Source: Girardia tigrina | Taxonomy: Eukaryota | Direction of reading: 5' to 3' | Assembly: GCA_001938485.1 (NCBI GenBank) | Contig: MQRK01206634.1 | Location: 5,761 to 66,854, forward strand | Length of the DNA: 61,094 nt | Shown here: positions 24,329 to 34,965 of the stretch, piece by piece | How the letters are laid out: every line of letters starts with the position of its first letter | Numbering within the stretch: position 1 is the first letter of the stretch | Position numbers and translations under genes: made by a program | The notes under the pieces: model-generated | What the model was told of the DNA's origin: nothing | The model's database searches: none | The model's input: the letters and a program-made list of their open reading frames with translations, nothing else

Positions 24329-26127
24329 TTACCGCTCATATATGTGAAATGAATGACTGTGCAGTCGATTACGTGAATTTTATCATAAACTCCTAACTAA
24401 TTGATTGAAAGTTCCCCTTGAACATTGATTGATGGGTCATTATATCATAGTAACAATGTTTCACATAAAACTCTCTTCCAATAACTTTTAAATGCTTTGA
24501 TAGAATTTTTAATTTATTTATACTCAATTTTCTATGCTCAGTAAGTTTACTCTTACTCCCTATATTAGCGTGCTATCACCACCCGGTCTCCGGGGCAACT
24601 CGGGCATCTGCCGGAACAATAATATTTTTAATTCTTTTCAATTATAAGCAATTAAGTAAAAATTATAAAAATAAGTTTTTATGAACTGGTAAACATAATT
24701 TTTATCGGTTTTTTTTCGGTTTAAAATAAAAAGAAAGAGACAAATTAAAAAAAAATAAATTATTAGTAATTAGAAAACAAATGTTTGATAATCGAAAACT
24801 CTTTTCCTATTTAACGACAATTGAATGGTGACATGTTTGATATAGAAAAAGTAACTTCTGTTCTGCTGGATTTCAACTCTGTTATTATATCAATAATTTA
24901 TCCCGGGAAAACAATAGAAAAGAAGAAAAAGTAAAGACTGTCGAACATAAAAAAATAATTATATGATTTGTTAATATTTTCCACAATCGATGTGACATTT
25001 AAAAACTTAATAAATAAATAATGAGAGTTTGAATTCAACAAAGAATTTTGTTTTAAGAGAAATTTCGACAAAGATCAAGAATAATTGATAAGAATTTACC
25101 TTAATGATTGATGTTTTCGTTAAGAAACGAGAAGAATGTTGCAGCTACATTTGATATTTGTTCTTTCTGTTTTATCAATTTTAATTACCATTTCTGTCTC
25201 TTTTTCATTTGTCATAAAACAATTGTTTTATTGGGCGAAAAAAAAGAAACAAAAATGCAACTATTTCAGGAAAAATAAAATTCCCAATTATGAATTTATT
25301 TATATTTATGTATTTTTGTTAATTCAATCCAAATTGTAATGTCAATTCTATTACATGTGTATAATAATTATAAGAAATAAAATCAACGTGTATATTAATA
25401 TTTTATTTTTTTTCTTAAATTAAAATAAAAAAACAAATACAATTTTGTCTAATTTTTATACGGCTTTAAAAAATTATTTATTTTATCTTTAATACAATTT
25501 TTATGTTTATTATATAGTTCAAACAATAAAAAATTTGGAGTGAATAGTAGAAATAAAAATTACAACTGAAAAAAAATAAAATTTAAAAATAAGGATATAT
25601 TATTTTTGGTTAATGGACTTTGATGCCCCCTCGATTTAGGGAACCTGACAAACATATATCGAAAGTTTAGGCTACCACTTCATACCTAACACTATGATAA
25701 ACATTAATACCTAACTCACATATCACATATTCAAACAACTTAAAACTATCCTTTGATAAATATACATATTTTATATACGTCGAATTTATATCTATCGACA
25801 TCTTTTTGGAACTTCATCAAAAATAGAATTTCGCAGTTTTCCATGATTTTCGTAGAATCTTTGTTAAGGAATAAATATTACATATCAATATTCTTGTAAT
25901 TTCAAATTGACTTTTTCTTACAAATTCCATATATGGGATTTTTATTTAATTTAAAATTTATTTGATTTCAATTTTTGAAATTATATTAAATTTGAATTTT
26001 CTAAATGAATTATTTTGTGAGATGACATTTTAACTAATGCAATATAATCAGAATCAATATGCAAATTTATTCCCAAAGATACAAGATGTTCCTTTTAAAC
26101 AACAAAATGATTTTAATGGAAGGAAAC

Positions 26128-26850
26128 TGATGCGAGAACGTGCGTAGCCGGACTGTAGCACCCTGTAGTCGTGGGGCGGACGAGGGGTCGTGGAAAAATT
26201 TATTTTAATTTACTCGAAATTCTCTTGATTTTCTGATTTAATTCTTTTATCTCCGACTCGCCGCCGTGAATGGATTTCTTTCGATCGTGGACTTTCGACA
26301 TTATAATTATAAATATCAAATTAATCACGATTGGACAACTTTTCCAACCGGAAGCGGCCAACTAACCAATGTAACTTGAATGAAACACAAAACCACCCAT
26401 CATTACAAACAAACTACTCGATATTCTGTCTTTATTTCGAAACAAAATAATCAAAACCGTTATGAAATTATGAATCAATAAAATTGCAGAAATCCATTTT
26501 TCTTTTTTGCCAATCGAATAGTAAAAAATACGCAGTGAATTTCGTAAAATTCTCGAATGATGGTCAGTCAGTCTGAAATCAGACAAATTCATATTTACCG
26601 CTGAAATGATTTGGATTCAAAATAATTCCATTTCAATGGCGACTTATAATTTCAACGAAAAACAAAACAACGAATTGCACCAAAAATAATTTTATTAATC
26701 GAGTTAACACTCACAAAAAGAAAATAACAAATGGCTCCTCAAATTCAAAATTCAAAAACGCGCTGACATTAAACAAATGAATCGCATAAAAAAATTCTAA
26801 ATTTACTAATAAAATAAATATTTTTTTCTTTTTTTTTAATTCCTCAAACA
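26128..26850. mobile_element. Solo-LTR-like insertion C carrying TMEM18
   Basis: Perfect 5-bp TSD GAAAC (26123-26127 and 26851-26855); ends TGATGCGAGAA...TTCCTCAAACA; first 62 nt match insertion A at 47 positions without gaps. Confidence 0.92.
26200..26592 (-). pseudogene. TMEM18: Transmembrane protein 18 pseudogene (near full length, intronless)
   Basis: One frame: FYYSIGKKEKWISAILLIH..LFRNK..LFVMM..FVFHSSYIG*LAASGWKS / CPIVINLIFII..basic tail. One premature TAG, and the conserved QYFDxxGxFISxxFS block is deleted. Confidence 0.8.
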
Positions 26851-27794
26851 GAAACTATAATAGATTGATATCAAAGATAGAAAGTGTGCCCTATTTCACT
26901 TATTCAGTGAATTTGGTTAAGATTATGATAAGGGTTAGGAGGAGCGGTGCAATTCAGTCCCTCTGAGAATCATTCAAACTTAATTTAAAAATTACAGGTA
27001 TACAGGGGTGTTTCAAGGTACATGAAGATCACTTGGATTAATTAGGAGATTATTCTAGTCATAAGAAACAAATAGACAAATATGTGTTCAAATCTTTTAA
27101 TTTCTTTAAAATTAATTTTCCGCAATTATTTTGTTATGAGTTTAAACAAGAATTTTACAAATCATGTAAATAAGAAGAAGAAAACCACATATAAATTCTC
27201 CTTTACGAGTTCCGTATATTTGTCCATTTATTGTTCGAATTAAAAAAGTCTGTACATAGTGAATAAAATCGAAATACAGTTGCTAACTCGGCAAAATAAG
27301 AACAATTAAAAAATTGGCCGGGGGTCATTGACTGGCTTGCCTAATAAAAATCGTACCCCAGGCGTTGAGTTGATGAACAATTTTAACAAATTATAACCAT
27401 GTAAAAGAGATCTTAATTAAAATATGTTATTTTTTGGTATACGAACAAATTTCTACAGAAAAAAAGAATTTAATACTTTCCTTTATATTTTTTAATGTCT
27501 CACAAAAATCGGTTTTGCTAAGGTAAACAAATCCATTTTCAAGTTAGAAATAAGATTTAAAATTTATTTATTAAAATATTTCAACATAAAAAGTGGAATT
27601 AGGATCATTTATTCGAATTTCTCAATCTTGAAAGTTTCAAAATTAAGTAATCAATAACAACGATGTTATAAGGGACGATATTTTAATGTTTCATATTTGT
27701 TCCAACCGTAAACACGTCCGTAAAATACTGAAATATAGGTAAAATGTCATTCTATTATCATAATTTGTGAGGAATATTTTCGTTTAATGATATA

Positions 27795-28731
27795 CACCCT
27801 TGTGCAAATCAATCTGAACACTGTTCAGTTTTTTCTCATTTGTTTAATTGAATGTATATTGGTACCAATACTTTATTTAAATGTTCAGAATAAATATTCT
27901 ATATAAGTACTTGTTATGTTTAATACACTCAATGGTTTAATTGATCTATTTTTTGAATTCTAAATATTTGTTTGTATTTTTGCTTATTTTAGGTTAAATT
28001 GTGTTTAGGTATATAAAGTTTTAGATTTACCATTGATAACTTGTAGTAAGGTTATCACAATATCTAAGCATACAAGTAGGAGTCAATAACAGATTTCTTA
28101 ACAATGTGCTATCTGTTTGTCCACAGAACAGATGGAGAGCCACTTTCTCCTGCTCACATTCAACAGTCAGTAAAATTTCCGGCAAAGCAAATTTTTTGAC
28201 GTTGCTTCTCATTTTCTGGTTACGTATCATTAGTTCCTGTCCAGAAGATGATGAACAGTCCAACATATATCAAAGTTTTCATGATACATTGATTCCAGAG
28301 TTGTTGAGAATACAAATGCAAAATCCAGTTTCTCAGGAAGACCGTGTCCCATGCCATTCTTCTAAGAGGGTGAGTAAATCTTTTGCTGACAATAGAGTTG
28401 ATAGTTTAGATTGGCGCGAAAATTCACATTACATCAACCTAATAGACAATTTATTGTCAATTTCTAAAACATGGATGAGAAAAATGGATTGCACCACCTT
28501 AGAGAAAGTTTCAAAAGCAGTTTTTTATGTCTGGCACAATGATCCAAAAATCAAAGAATGTCAAAAATTTGTGAAATCAATGCCAAAGCGCATCAAATTA
28601 CTCTTAAAAGCAAGAGAGGCACTCATTAAATATTAACATTTACTCAAAGTTTTTATTTTGTTACTACATTACAAATATACTTGATTTTTTCATGAAATAT
28701 GATAGTGTTCAGATTTATTTGCACAAAAGTG
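27795..28731 (+). mobile_element. Tc1 (DD34E) element, internally deleted
   Basis: TA-flanked TIRs CACCCTTGTGCAAATCAATCTGAACACT / AGTGTTCAGATTTATTTGCACAAAAGTG; QEDRVPCHSSK..LDWRENSHYINLIDNL..VKSMPKRI. Confidence 0.9.
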
Positions 28732-29136
28732 TATATAAATGTAACAAGTGTGAATCCTTGTACATTGAAGAGATAAATCATCCCTTCTGTATTAGAATTG
28801 AAGAACACATCTAATCAAATAGAAAAAGCTCAATTTTGGATCACATTTTGAAATGTCCTGGAACTCAGTAACTTTGATCACAACTATGAAAGGACAATTA
28901 CTTACCTAGTTTAAATGTGCAAAGTGATTCTTCCAATCATATTAGAGTATTTTGATGTAACACGATGTGACTTAATGGTCATCATACTAAATAAACAACA
29001 AATTTTTATTTAAATACAGAACTGAAGATGCCACAAAAGTTGCGAAACATGAAATGTGCGTTTTAAAAAGTATTTAGGATTTTGCTTCTCCAACTCAGAT
29101 GGTAAGTAGATATTCATTAGATCAAATTATCATGTA

Positions 29137-30512
29137 TTAGGTGTATAACTTAGTTTTTTGGATTTTCTAAGAGATGGTGTAACCTTTGTAATAAGCATTA
29201 TTTTACAGTCGTACGTACAGATTTTTAAAGTGCTGAAATCGAGGCATTAAAATTAAGTAGGTCATTGACCTTAAATGCATCATAAACATATTTTTAATCA
29301 CGTTTTAGCATGACAACTTTCATACCAACAAAACCGCATTTGCGGCAAGCACTTCTGTTTTGCTTTAATCAAAAGAAAAAAGCTGCAGACAGTTTTCGGT
29401 TTCTTGAAGAAACTTATGGTCAACATGCACCAACTCAACAGACTTGCGAGAACTGGTATAAACGTTTCAAAAGTGGAGATTTCAACGCAAGTGACAAAGA
29501 GCGTTCCGGTCAACCAAAAAGATTCGAAGATGAAGATTTGGAATCATTACTGAAGGAAGATTCTACTCAATTAGAGAAAGAGCTTGCAAAACAGTTAAAT
29601 GTTACTCAAGCAGCCATAAGTAAACGTCTACATGCTATGAAAATGATTCAANNNNNNNNNNNNNNNNNNNNNNNNNNNNNNNNNNNNNNNNNNNNNNNNN
29701 NCCATAAGTAAACGTCTACATGCTATGAAAATGATTCAAAAAGAAGGAAAATGGATACCACATGAATTGAATCAAGCCAACATTGAAAGTCGATTACTGA
29801 TATTCAATTCATTGCTTACAGGACAATGAAGATGATCGTTTTTGCATAATATTGTGACTGGAGATGAAAAATGGATTTATTATGTTAACTCTAAACGCAA
29901 GAAATCGTGGGTTCATCCCGGCGAACCGTCCACGTCAACAGTAAAAAGAAACATTCATGAAAGAAAGGTTATGTTGTGCATTTGGTGGGATCAGAAAGGT
30001 GTACTGTACTATGAGCTGCTGAATTCGAATGAAACTGTTAATGCAGAACGTTACCAACAACATTTAATGAAATTGAACGATGCATTGAAGGAAAAACGTC
30101 CTATCCCAGCCAACAAACAGCGCACAGTGATTTTGCTCCATGACAATGCTCGGCCACATGTCGCAAAGCAAGTAAAAAACACGTTGGAAGCACTTAAATG
30201 GGAAATTCTACCGCATGCTGCCTATTCACCAGATTGTGCCGATCAATGTTCCGATCATCTGTTCCGATCAATGCAAAGCGCTCTTCGGGACCAGTACTTC
30301 AGAAATCAGGAACATATAAAAAATGACTGGAACAATGGATCGCATCAAAAGACCAAAACTTTTTTTTCGATGGAATTCATAATTTGCCTGAAAGATGGTC
30401 GAAAGTCCTAATTAACGATGGAAAATATTTTGATTAGAATAAAACTTATTATGTCATATAAATAAACTTGTCTGTTCTGCAAAAAAGTCCAAAAACTAAG
30501 TTATACACCTAA
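29137..30512 (+). mobile_element. Mariner (DD34D, Mos1-like) element, full length, with disrupted transposase (29310-30437)
   Basis: TA-flanked TIRs TTAGGTGTATAACTTAGTTTTT; WYKRFKSG, RSGQP, WIPHEL, VTGDEKW, LHDNARPH, YSPD. Contains stops and a 50-N gap. Confidence 0.95.
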
Positions 30513-31108
30513 TATATTTATATATATTATATTTATTGTATTATATATTATTATGTATATTTGTATATATATGATACATATTCATATTATTATAAAATAT
30601 TAATGTTTATTTTTTATTATTTTAGTCTTTAAAGTTCTTTTCATAATTTAAAATTCAAAAGTAAAAATTATTATATTTTTAAGTTAAAAATTTTTAAATG
30701 TTATGCTATGTGTTTTGGTAAATTTTCTTAAACATAAATGTTGAATATGCGAACTTTTTAGAAAAGTTGAAAATGTGTTTTGTATGTATTATGTTAAAAA
30801 ATGTTTGAATGCAAAAAATAATAATAAATAATTTTTAGTTTCTGTTTTTCTTACACTTAAACAATTTTTCATACAATACATAAAAAACAAATTTTTAACT
30901 TTTCAAACATATTCACGCATTAAACATTAAAATAACTACATGAAAATATTTACAAAAAAATACAAAAACACAATAAGTCAAAATAAGGATAATATTTATT
31001 TATTAATAAATAATTAGGCTTATTAAATGTTACTACATGTTATTTGTTACTAAATGTTATTACATGTTTTTTTTGATTATGCATATTAAGATTTTTAATA
31101 ATAGATAC

Positions 31109-31211
31109 AGTAAGAAAATTAGTCATCTGCAATAAAATTTATTAAATAATTCAAAAATGTGACAAGCAATTACATAATCAAATAATTGTTAAAACAACGT
31201 TTTATCTAACT
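31109..31211 (-). repeat. 3' LTR
   Basis: AGTAAGAAAAT...TTATCTAACT, direct repeat of 34450-34552, adjacent to the PPT. Confidence 0.92.
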
Positions 31212-34200
31212 TCCATCTCCATTAGAATTTAGGATGCGCTTCAACCATTCAATTCTTCTTGGTTTTGGTTTTCCTGGAAAATCAATCAACACTTGCTGTG
31301 GACTTAAAAATTCAAGAATTTGAAAAGGACCATCATATCAGTTTCCATTTTTCTTCATGTTGTGAGAATCTTTCTTTACTAAAACTTTTTCATCGATCTA
31401 AAAATCTCTATAGCCTCTTCTGCTTGCTTCTAAGTTTTGAAGTTTGTCTGCCGCCTTTCCTGATTCAAATTTCGTTTCCAAAATTATTCTCTCATGATCA
31501 ATACTGCTTGATGGTGGTAACCAAGGTAAAATAACTTTCCTCCCAAACACAATTTCAAACAGTGATCGTTTAGTTTGAACGTACAGTTCGAATGGCTGGC
31601 TCTGCTAATCCATTTGCTTGATGTTGATACGGAGAAGTAAATTCTTGTTTAATTCCAAATTTTTCTGTTTGTTTCTTTAAAATAGATCCTTCAAATACTC
31701 GGCCTCGATCTGACAATATATATTTAGGCTTCCCAAACTTGTAAAACAAGTGATATTTTATAGTTTCTGCAACACTCAATTCATCTTGTTTAGTCAAAGT
31801 TACAAGACTCACTAGTTTGCTGAAACGGTCTATCATCACAAGTAAATATTTGTATCTGGATTTGAATTCTGAGAAGTATGCTACATCAATTATCATTTTT
31901 TCCAGCAGCCCAAAATCTTCTCGTGGTATCAATAACTCTTTTGTACGCCCCGAATATGTTTTTTTTTGCATATATTTCACATATCTGTACCATGAGTTCG
32001 ATAGTTTTACTCATGTTTGGCCAATAATAGCTTTCCTGAATATATTCAACTAACTTTTTGCTTCCCAGATGACACAACACTTCGTGAAAATACTGGGTTA
32101 ACTTCTCTGCATAATTTTCTGGGACTAATATCTGTAATGTCTTTTCATTCATCATCTTAACAATTCCATCTCTCAATTCATATTGATTCCAAATCTTTTA
32201 ATATTTACTTTTCTTCACTTCCACATTTATTTTCTGAGAGGAACCTCCAAGTCATTGATGTATTGATTTCAGTATTGAGTCTGACAGTTGTATCGCTCTT
32301 ATGTCTTCATTGTTCAAATCTTCTGTTTCTATTGTGTTTATGAACTTTACTTTTGATTTATTTGACTTTGTTACGTGATGACGTGTCAAATATTGAGTAG
32401 ATAGTTTTTCATCAATTCTTGAAAGTCCATCAGCATTAGTATGCTCTTTTTCTTTCCGATATTCCAAAATAAAATTAAAACTAGATAAATTAGCAATCCA
32501 TGTCTAGAATTGTGGACTAATAGACTTGTTGTTTTTGTCATGTAAGTTAAAGCCTTATGATCAGTGCGGACTAAAAATTTCTTCCCATAAAGATAATGTC
32601 TGAAATACATTATAAACTCATGAACCGCCAGTAATTCTTTTCTAGTTACACAATAGCCTTTTTCGTGGTCGTTTAGAGTTCTAGATGAAAATACAATGAT
32701 TGTCTAGTTCCCAATATTATAATTTTGACTCAAAACTGCTCTGATAGCTCCAAAACTTGCATTCGTGTCTAAAATCCTTGTTTTCTTGATATCCGGATAT
32801 GCTAATATTGGAACTGTTGCCAATTCACTCTTCAAATTATTAAAACTCGACTTGCAATCTTCCGTCCAGTGAATTTCTTCCTCTTTTTCACTCAGCATAG
32901 CACACAAGGATGCGATAATTAATGCGTAATCTTTAATGAACCGCCGATAATAGTTTGCTAACCATAAAAATGACCTCAGCTGTGTAATACCTCCTGGGCG
33001 TGGAACTTGCACAATCTTTTTGATTTTATCATCGTTCGTTTCAACGCCCTTGTTTCTGATTGTGTGTCCCAAAAACTTAAGTCTTCTGGTTCCAAAAACA
33101 CATTTATTTGGGTGTGCCATCAAACCAGATTACTTAATTATTGTAAACACTTGTTTTAATATACTTAAATGGTCTTCCTCTTTCTTAGCATAAATTAATA
33201 TATCATCTAAATATTCAATAACTCCTTTATAAAGTAAATCCTTAAACAATAAATTCATAAGGCTCTGAAAAGTTGCTGGAGCTGTACTTAATCCAAACGG
33301 TAATCGATTGAAACAAAATTGACCGATTTTAGTACTAAAAGCTGTTTTTAATTTTGATGCTTCATCCTGTTACACCTGATAATGCGCTTGACCTAAATCA
33401 ATGGGCGAAAAAATTATTGACGCCCGTTAAGTATCCAACAATGTGTAAATATCCGGCCCAGGAAATCTAAATTTCTTCGTAACATTATTCAGTCATCTAA
33501 AATCTAAGCGCATTCTGATGGATTCAACTTTTTTCGGTACAATAACCAGAGAAGAATTCCAAGGAATCTTACATGACTTAATAATATTAACTTTCAATAA
33601 ATCAACAACTAATTTATCAATCTTGTCTTCAAGATGCATGGGTTGGTATCTAGGATTTGCAGAAATTGGTGGACCGGTAGTCCGGATTTCATGTTTGATT
33701 ACCGTTGTGTGGCCTAAATCAAATTTTGAAGCCATAAAAATTGATTCATATTCCTTAACAAGTAAAGTTAATGGCAATTTTGACTTGTCAATTAAACTCC
33801 TTAATGCGGCATTAATACGATCACGATTATTAAATTTCAATTCCACGTCCGAAGTATCTATAGTATTCACTTCCGTTAAGCCTATGTCTCAAATTCTCAT
33901 CATATCGATTCCTCCAATAAATCCAGGGTATATATTTCGCACAATCACTATTCCTTTTTTTTCCCTTAACACCGTCCACAAAATATCAACATATATTTTA
34001 TCTAAACATATTTCAGGACTTGTAGAAAAAACACCTGCAAGTTTAATGTCTGATCTCTGCATATCTGGTTTTCCTATCCGATGTCAGTTAACTTCGCTCA
34101 TAACTGTGATTGAAGCACCGGAATCCCATTCCATTTCAACATTAATTCCATTACAATTCATCAAACTCCATATTCTACCATCTGCCTTTTGGAACATCCC

Positions 34201-34449
34201 CTCTTTCATCACCTGTCTCATTCTTCGTCCTCTATCTCTGCCTTCAATAATATTTACTGACTCAACCTCACCGACGAGATAGGCACGAGGGGTTGATATC
34301 GGTTTTTTTCGTCGTTATCTTCTTCAATTTCCTGTAATTTTTGGTTTAAGAACCAACAACTCTTGTGTCTTCCACGGCAAATTGGAAAACATTTTCTGTC
34401 GTTCTTCTCGCTTCGCTGTGGTAATTGCATTTATTTCGGCGTAGTCGCC

Positions 34450-34552
34450 AGTAAGAAAATCGTTCATCTGCAATAAAATTTATTAAATAATTCAAAACTG
34501 TGACAATCAATTACACAATCAAATAATTATTAAAACAGTGTTTTATCTAACT
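34450..34552 (-). repeat. 5' LTR
   Basis: Direct repeat of 31109-31211, adjacent to the PBS. Confidence 0.92.
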
Positions 34553-34684
34553 GATACAATAATTATTATAGTTGAGTTTACAAAGAATGGTTAATATCTA
34601 TATAAAAATATATATAAAATAATATATATAAAAATAAATATAAAAATAAGAAAATAAAAAAATAATGACAAATTTTTATTAAAA

Positions 34685-34965
34685 TCAAGAACGCCATTAA
34701 AATCAAATTTTATTGTCGCAATATATTTCGGTGGATTTCCCACCATCTTCAGGCTGAATTTAACAACAATTCCGCTGTCTTATATATAGCAAATTGATGA
34801 TTATACAAACATCTTGCGTAATAACTAATTAAATATTTTCAACAAATTGGAAGAGACTTTTTTGGACATTAATGGACGGATTGGGAGAGATTTACTTGTG
34901 AAGCATTATTGATTAAATCACTTGATTAAAAATTGATTAAAATTTGATTTTCATGGCGTTCTTGA
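34685..34965. mobile_element. Penelope-type terminal remnant bounded by 27-bp inverted repeats
   Basis: TCAAGAACGCCATTAAAATCAAATTTT / AAAATTTGATTTTCATGGCGTTCTTGA; contains a hammerhead core. Confidence 0.65.
34714..34758 (-). ncRNA. Minimal hammerhead ribozyme motif
   Basis: CUGAAGA-U-GGUGG-GAAAU-CCACC-GAAA-UAUAUU with palindromic stem III (AUAUAU). Confidence 0.65.

Larger units (their letters stand above)
31109..34552 (-). mobile_element. Ty3/gypsy LTR retrotransposon with both LTRs, decayed pol and no recognisable gag
   Basis: 5-bp TSD GATAC; ~103-bp LTRs; PBS TGGCGACTACG; PPT GGAGATGGA; protease WDSGAS, RT (LDFR, LPFGL, YLDD), RNase H (DTNAS, RTDHKAL, NADGLSR), integrase (IDRFSK, SDRG, QANGLAE). 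Confidence 0.96.

Noticed and set aside
29612-29738. Short duplication within the mariner ORF
   Set aside because: Flanks a 50-N gap; scaffolding artefact.
33518-34282. 254-aa plus-strand ORF (and 4516-5193 on the minus strand)
   Set aside because: Antisense shadows of gypsy pol and of the large gene.
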